Source of the DNA: Azolla caroliniana
Taxonomy: Eukaryota > Plantae > Polypodiophyta
NCBI GenBank assembly: GCA_043228905.1
Contig: JBHGNT010000005.1
Coordinates: forward strand, 16,864,001-16,928,000
Length of the DNA: 64,000 bases
Direction of reading: 5' to 3'
This document shows, in pieces, positions 25,161 to 37,588 of this stretch (position 1 is its first letter; every line of letters begins with the position of its first letter). Under the pieces are notes generated by a model. The model worked only from the letters and a program-made list of their open reading frames with translations. It made no database searches and was not told the origin of the DNA. A program made the translations under genes and the position numbers.

Positions 25161-27286
25161 ATGAGGGGGTCGGATCTTGCAAAGGCCATGGCTTCGGCCG
25201 TGGACCGGATAGTGAGCGCACGCGAGGGCACCGACGCCCTTGACAGGGCTATTGAGGCGATCGTCGGTATGATCGGCCGATTCAATGGAAAGGATGCCAC
25301 GAGTTATTTGGCGTCCTACCGGGCGGAGATGTTGATGAGGGACATTCCAGAGGAGAGGCATCTTGCCGGATTCCCTCGAGTGGCGATGCCAGGCATCCAT
25401 GCGGAGGTGCTCGAGGTCCGGGCGGAGAGCCGGACCTGGGAGGAGTTCGAAGGACGGCTCCTGGAGAAATACGGGCTGGATGACGTGCTTCGACTTTCGA
25501 AGCGGAGCTTCATGGAGTGGGTGGAGTCCCCCAACAAAGGAAGAAATGTGTCGGTACTCCTCCGGGAGTTTGAGGAACGCTTTGCGCGCCTTTCGGCGCT
25601 CGATCGAACTATTCTGGACACAAGTCGTGTCCTACTGTTTGTCAAATCGGTTGACCCACGGGATCGAGGGCAAGTTGGCTCCTTACTGGACACCGAAGAC
25701 GGGCTGACGACCGACTGGGCCGCGGTAAAATGAGTCTGTGCCGTTTTGATAAACGGTGGGAGTGGGCTGATACAGAGGCGACCGGGGCGGGACTTGTCGC
25801 AGCAAAGAAGCTTGAACCGGTACCGCAGGCGCGAAGGGAAGAGACCCGGGAGTGGCTCGAAACCGGTTCGTCTTCGACCGGCGTGATCAGAGGCTCGTCC
25901 GGGGGGGCAGCTCTGGAGGAGTTGACACAAGCGGTAAAGGATCTCCAGATCGGCCAGGCTCAGAGGGAAGGCGGCGATCAGGCTCGTGACCGACGGGCTC
26001 CGGCAGGAAGTAGGTGCATGTGGTGCGACGAGGTCGGCCACATCCGGAAAGACTGTGGGGACTTTATGGAGGCTTTGAGAAGCCGTGTAGTGTACCTATG
26101 GGAAGGTCGGGTGCACACCAACGATACCCGGAGAGCCCTGAACCGAAACGACGGGAGAGGAGGAATGAAAAGGCTGATGGAAGAGGCGGCAGCCCGGCAC
26201 GCGGAGACCGTCCACTACTCAGCGTCAGCCGGTATTCAGGTTGGGGGCAGCGGGGTCCGGAAGGAGAGCAAAGCCGAGTTCTGGCCGACATTGCTGGAAG
26301 GCCTCGCCGGTGCCCGACTGAAGAGAGACAAGGCGAACTGCGCGGAGAAGCGGGTCCAGGAGGTAACCGGGTGGAGTGACCCGGTCGAAGAAAAGACGGG
26401 TTTCGTCGAGGCAGCTTGCCAGAACTACGAGGCTCTGGTTGAAGACAAACGGGTAGGTAAAATCGGAGGGGCCGGACCCTCACAGAGATACGAAACCCGA
26501 TTCAGGCCGAAACGGAACGAGGTCGGTGAGTCCAGTGCCCGGGATAACCACAAGAAGGGAGAATACCGTTTGGGCACGGAGATCGAAAGGACCACGAACC
26601 TACGAAAGGTCCTGGAAGAACGAATCCTCGACAGCAAGGTGGAACTGTCGTTGCGGGAGGTGCTCGGGATCGCCAAGAAGGAGTTCCACGACTCCATCGT
26701 GGACTTGGTGAAGAGGAAGAGGCTGTCGACGGAGGCAGAACCGGAAAGGCCGGTGGAAGTGCGGACGGCGCACATAGAGGACATGGCGCTGGAAGAAGAG
26801 TGGACGGAGAGCCACTATTCGAGGCCACACTGGGCCCGAGCGACCACGGAAACCCCGGTGAAGATCGGGGATGTTCAGGAACCGGTGGTGGCGTTGGTGG
26901 ACCACGGTTCGGAAATAAACCTGATGTCCATGGACTTCTACAAGAAGGGGAAATGGCCGATCAACACTAAGCACGGGTGGAAGATACGGGCGGCGACGCG
27001 CACCACCGAGGAACTACACAGGGCCTGCCCAAACATGCGAGTCAAGATCGGCGACATTGAGATAGACCAGCACTTCTTCGTGCAGGAAACATCCTCGCAC
27101 CCGGTCATACTAGGGGAACCATACATTACGGCAGTGCGAATGGAGACCAAGGTGCTGGACAACGGGTCGGCTTACGCGAGGGTCAAGAGTCAGGACAGGC
27201 GTCATTCGGTCCAGTTCCTGACGGTGCGACCCAACCACGAGAGAAACCGTGAGTCCCTCGGTGGCGAGAACCGAGAGGATTTTTAG
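25161..27286 (+). pseudogene. gag-protease of element C (one frameshift near 25730)
   Basis: ORFs 25134-25733 and 25730-27286, with CMWCDEVGHIRKDC zinc knuckle and ALVDHGSEINL aspartic protease. Confidence 0.9.
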
Positions 27287-29285
27287 AGAGGGTTGCCCAG
27301 GCGTGGGGCCGCGACAGTCCGGACACTCCAGGAAAACCCCACAAATGTACGATAGAAGCGAAACCAAAGAAACCTTGTACCATAAGTAGGAAGTTTTGTT
27401 TCTCCGACAACGGAGGGTGTACGATAGTCGGCGTCGTTGGCCGAGAAAAGACAAGGGCGGAAGAGCGACTTCGGACGTGCGGAGTTCTCGGGCCCAGCGA
27501 GGAAATCAACGAAGCCGTGGAGGCGGTCTCCTTCGACGATACCTTGGGAATACTGCGAGGGATGGTCGAAGAGGGCCTTAAAGAGGACCGGACAATACCA
27601 GTTTGTTCCGAAGAAATGTACGAAGTCATCGCGGACTTCAGTCGAGGGCTCGAGTCGGATAGGATGGCCCAGGTTAACACGAAGTACAAGACTGTGGACC
27701 GGAAGGTAAGGCCAGTCGCGGCACCCTTACCGAAGGACAGCGAGTTACGAATCAAAGGGGTCGCGTCGGACCCCAGTTTACGAGATCCGGCCTGCATAGG
27801 GCACGCCTTCACCGACAGAACGCTACGGGAGCTCAAAATCGGTGGGGGCGGGTTCCTACTACCGGCAGAAGAAGACCGGTTTCGGAGAATGCTCGGAAGG
27901 CACGGGAAAGCCTTCGCATTGTCGCCGGGAGAGATCGGGTGCATAGACCTGGCAGTCGTGAAGCCGATGGTGATATTCACGATACCGCATGTGCCGTGGA
28001 ATCTCAAACCAATTTCGGTACCGAGAGCTCACATCCCGGAGCTGATGGAGCTATTGAGGCAGAAAGTCGATATGGGCATCCTCGAACCGTCGAGTGCCCC
28101 GTACTCGAACCGGTGGTTTACCTTACCGAAGAAGAACGGGACATTGTGCTTCATTCAAGACCTGCAACCGGTCAACAGAGTGACCATTCGGAACGCAGGA
28201 ATCGGACCAACGATAGACGAGTTCGCGGAGGCCTTCGCCGGAAGGTCGATCTACTCGGTCAATGATCTGTACTCGGGGTACGATCAGTTCCAACTAGCCA
28301 TAGAGAGCAGAGACATTACGACGATGCGGACTCCTCTCGGCCTAGTGCGGATGTGCACCCTGCCACAAGGAGGGACGAACTCGGTGGCCCACATGGTGAA
28401 TGCAATGAACAAGGTGTTGAGGGATTGTATCCCGGACATCACCATGCCATTCTTGGAAGACATCCCGATCAAGGGATGTCCGGTGGAGGAAAAGGACGAA
28501 ACGGTTGGACCGGACGGATGCTGGAAATTCGTAGCAACACACATTGACGACTGCGAGAGGGTGCTACAAAGGCTAGAGGACACGAGGCTCACCTTCTCCG
28601 GGGAGAAATCGGCCTTCGGGCAATCAGAGATCATGGTCGTCGGACATCTATGCGGGCCGTATGGCCGGAAACTGTCTCCGGCTAAGGTGGAAGCCATCTC
28701 CTCAATGAAGCCCGACTGTAACTCGGTCGCGGAGGTACGGAGGTTTTTGGGAGCATGCGCGTTCTACCACATATGGATCCCGCATTACGCCCACATTGCC
28801 GAGCCGCTATACGGGTTGCTGAAAAAGGGGCGAAAATTCGAGTGGCGAGACGAGCATGCGGAGTCGGTCCGAAAGATGAAGGAGGCTCTTTCTACAGCAC
28901 CGGCACTCCGGAAGGCTGTCTACGAGAAAGGCACTCCCATCTACATAACGGTAGATACAAGTCCGAGCGGGATCGGATGGGTCGTCAACCAAGAAGATGA
29001 GGATGGCATTCGGTTCCCAATCCGGTTCGGCGCCAAGGTCCTCAGCAAGCGATAGTGAGGATACTCCCAGGTTAAACGCGAACTCTGGGGTATCGTTTCG
29101 GCGGTGAAGGCCGATAAAGACTATCTGATCGGGTCAGAAGTGATTATCGAGATGGACTGCCTGCCGATTCTCGGCATGGTTTCCGGATGCGCAAGCCCCG
29201 GACCTGGCGATGCTCAGGTGGATAGCGTACATCAAGTCCCTGGATCCGGAAATACGACACATTTCCGGGAAAGACAATGCCATGG
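27277..29285 (+). pseudogene. RT-RNaseH of element C (in the -1 frame from protease)
   Basis: DLYSGYDQ, LPQGGTNS, PFLEDI (YxDD equivalent), VDTSPSGIG. Stops at 29053-29058. Interrupted by F in the RNaseH (KDNAM|ADMLSR). Confidence 0.9.
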
Positions 29286-32190
29286 TGTTGTAGGTTTTAG
29301 GGTTAGGGTTAAGGATGATGAATGATAACGATAGACATGGTGGTCATGATGAGGATGATGAAGAGCATGATGATGAGAGATCGTATAGAGAAGCATAGAG
29401 AAGCATTGCGGGGTGGGGGGTGGTGCCTAGAATGGCTCCACCCCCCTCCCAAGGGGATTCAACGTTGAGGGGGAGAGAGAGAGAGAAAGAGGGATGACAA
29501 GAGAGAGATTAGGAGAGAAATGGTTCATTCTTCATTCATTCCCCATAAGGGGTTAAATAGTACAAGAGGGGGTAGTTACAAAGGGGTGTAAGCCCCATAG
29601 AGCATTCATACTGGACACTCACTCACACCTCATCGTATCCCTCCACATGCACACACGTGTGCATGTGTTCACATACATATCAACTCACAATTACATTTAT
29701 GTTCCCTACACATATACAACATCATCATGATAATATTCGACCCTCGCTCATCACACTTGACTCTCCGTACAACTCGTACGGAGTAACACATATGGCACGC
29801 CCGTGGGAAAGTGCGTTGCACGTCGATCCCACATGCCTTGATGATGATATCTCTTCGACCGGAACTTCCATCGGTCCTTTCAACGATCGACTCCCTCGAT
29901 CGGAGCGCTTGACTCGATCATCTCCATCGGTCAGCGACTTTTCCGCGACATGAACATTCTCATTCTGTCGTCTTACGAACTTTGGTATCCTCTTTCGGGT
30001 CCTTAAAAATGTTGTGTGCATGTATGTTATTCTTTGTTGATTTTGTGAGTTGTCATGGTCGATCACGTCCATTTCTTTAGGTGGATGAGATTTCAAAATT
30101 TCATAGGTGCCCTTTGATTTTTAAAATTTTCTTATATACCCTCAGGTTTTTACAATTATGTTTGATACCCTCATCTTTCTTCTTTCTTTCTCTTCTTTCC
30201 CTCTTCTTTTCCATTTCTGTTACTACTTCTTTCTTTCTTTCTCGCCTGCTTTCTTCTTCCTCATTCTTTCTTCCCGTTCTTCCTTATTCTTCCGTGTATG
30301 CCTTTCTCTCTCTTCTTTCTGTCTCTTCTTTCTGTTTCTCAGACTGCATCATCTTCTTCTTTCTCTTCTTCATTCACCACTGCTATGTCCATTGTCCGTT
30401 GCTTCCCATCCTTCTACTCCCTGTCGTTTCCTGTTTTCTTCTTCCTCTTTCTATTTCTCCATCTTCTTCTATGCCTATCGCTTTCTTGCTTCTCTGTTTC
30501 TGTTTCTTCTTATTTTCTTCGTATTTCTTCCTTTGTTTTGACGCATTCCGTCGGCCTCCTGTTAGGTCTGCGCCTGTGGTGGTTGTCGGCTCTTCCGAGG
30601 TCTCTGTCTCTCTATTCATCCACTGGTTGTTGTCCGGCCATCCGTTGTCCGATCGTCGTCCCATTCCGGCCGTTGTTTGGCGGTTCTTTGTCCAGCCCGT
30701 CTGGCCACTCCGACCACTGTTCGGCTATTCTAGATGCTGCGGTCGCTCCTCGGCCACTGTTTGGCCGTCGTGGCCATCTCCGACTGCTGCTGTCGTCCTT
30801 GTCCGGCAACCTCCATTCCGACGCCGTTCGGCCACTACGACCGCTCTTAGGTCGCTCTTCCGTCTCTGTCGGTGTCTGGTCGTCTGTCTATTTCTCTATC
30901 TCCGTAGCGCTTTTGGTATTGATGTCAACGACCCTTCGGTCCCGGACATTCTGTTCATTTGTCCGGCCCATTCCGGTCAGTCTCTGTTTGTCACCATCGC
31001 TTTGTGATTGGCCGCCTCTATTCGGACGCATATCCCACCGCGACTATTTGTTCTTTGTCAATTTTTCGGTCGTAGCTCGGTCCGGCGCCATTCAGCCACT
31101 CCAACTGCTCTTCAGTCGCTCTCCGGTCGGAGCTTTTCCGGCTTCACCTCCATCTCTATCTATCTTGGTGTTGTCGACCGCTCTTCCGCTTCTATCCGGT
31201 GATACCGGCTTCCCTATCGTCCCTGTCCGGTGCCTGTGTGCCTTCTGTCCGGCAATGTTGCCCCATGGTCGCCATTGTTAGTCTCGTCCGGTATTCGACC
31301 TAGGGTTTGCTCGTGGCTTTCTGGTGTCTCTGGTCCTCGATGTCTGGTCTGCTTTTGCATCTCCTTCTCCGTCTTCTATGGCCATTCGATGTGAACCAAG
31401 TCTGGTTCTTGCTCCGATTCCGGTTTCGACTCTTTCTGCGTTGCTTCGTCTGGAACCATCTCTCGTGCACTCTCAGCACATCCTGCCGGCCTCCGCTCCA
31501 CACACTGCGTCTTTTCCACCGCAGTCTCCTGGTGGGCTTCTCTTACCGGTCGTGCTTGCACCGGTTCTCTTTGCGTCGCTGTTTGTCCAGTCGTGCATCT
31601 TGCACCACGCTTCGAACACGCACATTGTCACTAACCGCATTCGGAAACACGTACATGGACACCAATCGCAACCTTACATAAACACCGTTCCATTCATGAA
31701 TTCTTTCATCGCATTGTCATTTCCTGTACTCACACAAATATGTCGCTATGGCCTTCATCACCGCGTATCATTCTTTGACTCCGTTTCCAAAGGGGGGTCG
31801 CCGTAGTGGTCGCCAAAATGTGTTGTATGTATGGCTGGACTAGCCTCAACACAGGTGTCTATCCGACACTTCTCCAAAGGGGTGGTAGGGATAGGATGTT
31901 AATACACGCGTATGATAATTACACTTAAGCACAGACGAAGATAAGATTAAACAGCATAAGCAAACTATATTAATTCTTCGCGCTTTCATTACAAAACATC
32001 GGATCCTTTTATAGGCATCCGGCCAGATTACAATCGGTGCTCGGTAGGCAACCGTTAACCGAAACCGAATCGGTTCGGATCCGGATCGGTTACAACTACC
32101 GGATCCGTCCCTCCTAATAATTCTATTCCTATTTCTATATTTATCCGATCCGACCTTGCTTTCCCATTTGCCTTCTCTGACCGGCCAACA
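29286..32190 (-). mobile_element. Non-coding LTR-type insertion F with two dissimilar terminal LTR-like blocks
   Basis: TSD CATGG (29281-29285 / 32191-32195), and the host frame is restored on removal. Blocks 29286-~29788 and 31821-32190 each run TGTTGTA..AACA. PBS TGGCGACCAC at 31806-31815 (-) and tRNA-end motif at 29793-29808. Confidence 0.8.
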
Positions 32191-32195
32191 CATGG

Positions 32196-32750
32196 CTGAC
32201 ATGCTTTCGAGGGCGCGATTCAACAACGAGGGCGGCATGGTTTCAGAGGACGAGGAAGTCGGCGTGGACTTCTTCGAGGCAGCTTACGCAACAACCGAGG
32301 GAGGGAGCACTCCGGCGCTTAACGATTTCAACGTAAGCAAGTACGACGGGGAGTGGCTGCAGATAGGGGGATTCTTGAGGACGATGGCGCCAGACGCGTC
32401 ATGGACAAAGGACGAGGCCAACCGGATCCGGAAGAAAGCATACCGATTCTTTCTCCGGGACGGATACTTGTGGAAGCACCCGAAGAAGAGAAACAACATC
32501 CCGCTCCGAGTAGTGGCGATGAAGGAGGAACAGGAGGAGTTGCTTAAGGCCTACCACGACAGCCCCTGGGCTGGACACCGTGGGACGTGGGCCACGTTTG
32601 AGAAACTAAAGGGGAAGTATTGGTGGCCGGGACTGTACCGGGACGTGCATCGGTTCGTGACAACTTGTGAGAGCTGTCAGATGCACTCCATAGTCCGACA
32701 TCAGGACGAGCTTCACCCCACTTACCCTCCGGCCATCCACTTCAAATGGA
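32196..32750 (+). pseudogene. Element C integrase, N-terminal part (zinc finger)
   Basis: YHDSPWAGHRG..YWWP..CESCQ..PTYPPAIHFKW, cut by the DNA transposon. Confidence 0.9.
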
Positions 32751-32786
32751 AACACGTTCGCGTTCACAAGTGGAAGGATTGCGCAT
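32751..32786 (+). repeat. Left terminal inverted repeat
   Basis: AACACGTTCGCGTTCACAAGTGGAAGGATTGCGCAT. Confidence 0.95.
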
Positions 32787-33797
32787 TCCACTTGTAGAAT
32801 CTTCTTAAAACGAAGAAAATACACCCTCTCTACAATAATTGGATGCACTAGTATCACATGTTCCTCAACTTGATAAGAATTTGCAAATATAAAAATACAT
32901 GATAGATCTACGAGTGGAGATCATTAGAAATCATGCAAGTTTAGACATGTTGATAAGTTAATGTATCTAAATAAAGTTCAACTATGGCTCAATATGGCAC
33001 TATTGTGCGACAAGGGAAACACTAACTTAAAGACTTATATTAATTAGGTAGGTTTTACAAAAAGATGAGGTGTACTTGTATCCATACTAATAAAATGAGA
33101 TATAATTTATACTTTGACCCATACGTGCATGTATGTAATTGTCGAAAATGTAGGATAGTGCACATTAGGATAAGTGATTGGAATAACTAACTTATTAAAG
33201 TATTCAATACTTATATTAAAAGTTGATCTAATCTATTCCTCAGTTTGTTCATATGGGATCAAACCATATGTGTATATAATTGTGCACAATGTAAGGCAGT
33301 GAACTTTAGGATAATGTCGTGGAAATAACAAACCTATTAGGCTTTCATACTTGTATTTAAAATTGATCTACTCTATTGCTTAGGTGATTCACACAAGATC
33401 AAACTCCGAACGATAACGCAACTGGAACCATTATCAACACACTACACAATCTAAGCAGCAATGGAATAGAAACATAATAGTTTTAACAATATAAGACAAA
33501 GATCCATAATAACAACATGGACAGTCATGGCAATAATTATAGGGCCATGTTCTGTTAAGGTTAGCTTGGACCAAAATCAGCCTCCATTTAATCTAGTTCA
33601 TGTTTCTCCATAAGTTTGGTAGTCAGCTATGCACGCGGTGAAACCAATATCATAAATCTACTAATCAAGTATATAAAAATAAAATTGAAACATATAGATG
33701 ATTATAAAGAATAGAATCCACTAGGTAAAACCCAAAATTTGTATTAATAATGTGAGATCTTAACAAATCGTCAGTGTCATATTCTTTATAGAGTCTA

Positions 33798-36700
33798 TTA
33801 CATAGCAATCAATTCATCAACGTCATTTTCTTCATCATCTTGTGTAGAACTGTCTTCGGCTATACGTGCATTGGTTTCCCCTGTTAGCCGAGCCAACGAA
33901 ATATCTTCTATAAGCTCATCATCAAGCTCTATTAGCTCCCCCGGTTCGCCGGCTAACGGAGGAATAGGCTCTCGCGAAGCAGGTTGAAACCTTTCTGTAT
34001 TGGCGAGGTTCTTTGCACCGACCTCCTCATCCTAGTCTGGGCACTCCCACAAAGCCTTAATCCGCATATTAATAAATATAACTTGGTCCTCGTCCTTCTC
34101 CAATGCAACTGTATTTCTAAACAGCTTCAATGCACATGCTGACGTAGTTCCTATGATGTAAGTAACAAGAAGATTTAGTTGTCAAACGAAAAAAAGTGAT
34201 TGGTTATCTCAAGATCAATACCCTAGTTCGAGGAATACCTGTGCCAGAAAAGAGATCTAATATCCAGTCTCCTTCGACAGAAAACATCTCGATCAAGCGC
34301 ATCATAAGTCGTTGAGGTTTTTGGTATGGGTTGACAAGTCCCCGTTCTGTCGTGGTGACATGTCGCAATTTCCGAGTCACTGCTGGATATACCAACAGAT
34401 TTGAACCTCCCACTTCATTAGAATGCTCTTTGATTCTCTGTTTTTTAATTTCATCGAAGTAGCCAACCGTTATGTATTCAATGGCATTAACGAACCGAAA
34501 AGTTGGCCCTCTATTTACATTGGTCTTGATCCTATAAAAAATAATTCATCGAGTTAAGAATAGATTCAACAACCTTAAGAATTGCAATATAATGAAAGAC
34601 ACCTATAAATAATCCTTACCATGCAAGGTTCTCGATGCCATGGCAACGAGATCTCAAAGCTTGAGCTACCGAGTACCCTTTGTCCATACTATGAAAGACA
34701 ACTATTCGCCACAAGGATGCGGTCGTTAGCTCAGCGAAATCCTTGACCATCTTCTCCAATTGTTTAAACCTAAACGGTTCATCGTCGTATGATGACCCAG
34801 CCATTCGAAATCCGTAAGGAATATCCGCAATCATTAGCGTATATTCCTTCTTCAAGGCTTAAATCTTTCGCCACAACCCTTGACAAAACCGACACAAGAA
34901 GCTGCTCGTCCTTAATACCTTGCATCGCTCTCCATAGAGACAGCTTCATGTCGTCTGCCGCTTCTTCAATTGTCAAGTCAATTTTCTTGGCGGCTTGTGA
35001 CTTTAATTCTAGTTGAGGGTCAACCCTACATTTCTTTTGTCGTTGACCCTTTACCTCCTTATTCTCCCACATTGAGAATATTTGATCTTGGAGGTCCCAT
35101 ACTTCTCCATCTCTAAACGCCAATTGAAACCAAGATTCATACTTTCGAAGACCATCGGACCTAACATTATCATCTACCACAATGCCGACTTCATGCAGAC
35201 ATTGACGTCGAAGGCCTGGATGTAACTTCACACCAAACTTTTGTTTCACATCTAAATACTCGTGGTGGAAGAACCGTATACGCTCAATAGACGACATTTT
35301 CTGCCTATAGTCATTATCATTATTATGGTCCCATGCCAACAGCTTAGCCTCTTCGGTTGTGAGCCCAACATAAATTTTGCACTCGGCATACTTGAAGAAG
35401 AAAGTGGTTGGATGTTCTCTCACAAGTTGCCGACGTGCCTCTGCTGAATGCGATCCACCAATGACAAAATAATTATATTGATCATGCTTTCTGATATCAA
35501 AATCTTCAATGGTTTCACATTCTTCAGGATCCACCATAACAATAAAAGGCACCACTGTGGCATGAGGATTAATTTTCATTTTTTTCTTGAGATTTTGAAC
35601 ATGCATGCGATGAGGCTCTCTAATCTCAAGTGGTCTTCGACCTGTTTTTTCATCAATAGGGGGCCGATGGATGTGTGTTATAGGCAAATTAAATACTTGC
35701 CCTTTCCTGACCAGCTTCCGTTGCATTAACTCTCTCCTTATTTTATTCTGCTCGGATGACAAGACACCCGAGGCCAGCTCGGCTCCTGGCGTCACCTTAT
35801 TATCCTCTTCTTCATTTTCACTTGTCGAATCCGTATCCGACATTTTCGTTGTCTTCTTCTTGGCTGGTCTTGACTGGACTTTGGATACCTTTTTTGTGGC
35901 CTTCAAGTGGGAGGGCTCTTCATCTCTTAGAGTTACATGGCCTTGTATATAAGGCCTCAAGGTAACAATCAGGTTTTGTGAGTTATCAAGTGCTTTTTTG
36001 AACACTTCAGGCCCACAAGATTCCTTTACTAAAAGGTCTTCTGAAAGGAACACTTTGCGTACCCCCTTGGAGCACTCTATCATTACCAGTATGTTGGCCG
36101 AATCTGCATCTTCGTAGTCAAATCGTAGAATTCGGCCATACATAAATGGAGTTTCTTTTCCTAGCTGCCCCTCACCCTTCTTCTTTGTTGTATACAATAC
36201 GACTTTTTTCTTTGAGTCGACATATTGCATACACCATTCCTTGTCCGTTAGATCTCGGTCAGGAAGGTCTTCGCCTCCAGTAGCGGCGACAAGTTTCTTT
36301 TGGCTTACATCACTATGTGGCTGAGATTTTGTCTCTTCGTTAAAGAGAAGCTTTTTTCCTCTCTTCATGGTCTCCGGAGTTACCTTGGTCTGGGCTTCGA
36401 TTGGAGAACCTTGTATGCGAAGCTTAATTTTCTTCACGGGTCGGTCTGACAGGTTCTCAAACGACCTATTTAAGAAAGTATATGCAAAAACATAAGTTAG
36501 ACAGTCACGTAGATTGAAGTTGTTATTATAATGAAGAACAGTTTCCAGGAGCAGTAACATATTCAAAAATCTATTATAGGCAGGGCTATTCAACCTAGAA
36601 AATATATATCGTAATAAGTAAAACGGGTTATATATTCTTTTAAATAGTAGGTATGACTTATATAGATTCTAAACCTATATTGAGGAGAATTTGCCATAGT

Positions 36701-37437
36701 GAAGGCAATTTGTAGATCATTTTCTACTATTTTAAGCTAAAGTAGGTCATAAAACACCTATAATTAGAGCATGTATTTGTTTAAAAGTAAGTAAAGTCAA
36801 CATAAAAAAGACTGATTTTGCCAGACACTTTGATATCATTTCCACCCCGTAAACGATTTTTCTCTCTCAAAGGCTACACTTTAAACACGAACTCGATACG
36901 GTGTATCGAGTTCGTGTTTAAAACCTACACTTTAAACACGAACTCGATTTTAAACTCGAACTCGATACGCCGTATCGAGTTCGTGTCGAGTTCGTGTTTA
37001 AAACCTACACTTTAAACACGAACTCGATACGCCGTATCGAGTTCGTGTTTAAAATTCAAACTTTAAACACGAACTCGATACGCCGTATCGAGTTCGTGTT
37101 TAAAATTCAAACTTTAAACACGAACTCGATACGGCGTATCGAGATCGTGTTTAAAACCTACACTTTAAACACGAACTCGATACGGCGTATCGAGTTCGTG
37201 TTTAAAACCTATACTTTAAACATGAACTCGATACGGCGTATCGAGTTCATGTATACAATACAAATATTTATACACGAACTCGATACGGCGTATGGAGTTC
37301 GTGTATAAATATTTGTATTGTATACATGAACTCGATACGCCGTATCGAGTTCTTGAGAAACGAAACATATTTACAAAAATGTCCACAGTGTCAGAGGCCT
37401 ACCTGGACTCCTCGCGCTCGATTCTCTTGGAAGACAT
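33798..37437 (-). pseudogene. Spliced ParB-like domain + beta-class N4C/N6A DNA methyltransferase fusion gene (this copy probably damaged)
   Basis: Exons 37437-37403, 36465-34620, 34531-34239 and 34150-33798, all joined by phase-compatible GT-AG introns. ParB-like PFIVMV..YFVIGGSHSAEAR, motif IV IADIPYG, W-I-K-T-N, NPYQKPQRLM, motif I WILDLFSGTGTT..RNTVALEKD. There is a +1 frameshift near 34850 and a TAG at 34032-34034 before an acidic tail. Confidence 0.85.
36880..37352. repeat. Tandem array of about 9 palindromes (51-bp period) within intron 1 of the ParB-MTase gene
   Basis: Unit TTTAAACACGAACTCGATACG-S-CGTATCGAGTTCGTGTTTAAA plus an 8-nt spacer. The last three cores form one ~130-bp palindrome. 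Confidence 0.95.
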
Positions 37438-37580
37438 GGTTGATCGTGTTGAAGTGGAGGCGGAGATCGCGCTTTCGTGCTTTGTGCTCTGAGTGCTTTG
37501 TGTGCTCTGTGTGCTCTCTGCGTTCTGTGTGCTCTGTACGCTCTGTACGCTCTGGTGAGTGAAATATGATGAGGTCTTCC

Positions 37581-37588
37581 TATTTATA
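37581..37588 (-). promoter_or_regulatory. TATA box of the ParB-MTase gene
   Basis: CC-TATAAATA-GG on the - strand about 145 nt upstream of the ATG at 37437, followed by an Inr-like TCACTCAC and a CAGAGCA-repeat 5' UTR. Confidence 0.6.

Noticed and set aside
29295-29312. Telomere-like TTTAGGGTTAGGG
   Set aside because: Only two units, inside an LTR-like block; common in plant LTRs.
30081-31281. Long hydrophobic ORFs (308 and 327 aa) suggesting an env or membrane protein
   Set aside because: They arise from CT-rich low-complexity sequence that is open in several frames, with no recognisable motifs.
36466-36593. N-terminus of the 604-aa ORF (MNSPAY..)
   Set aside because: It lies upstream of a good TTAAATAG acceptor. 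A phase-matched ATG exon with a TATA box exists at 37437-37403.
36880-37352. CRISPR-like array
   Set aside because: The spacers are only 8 nt and repeated, there are no cas genes, and the context is a eukaryotic intron. The small ORFs over it are repeat artefacts.
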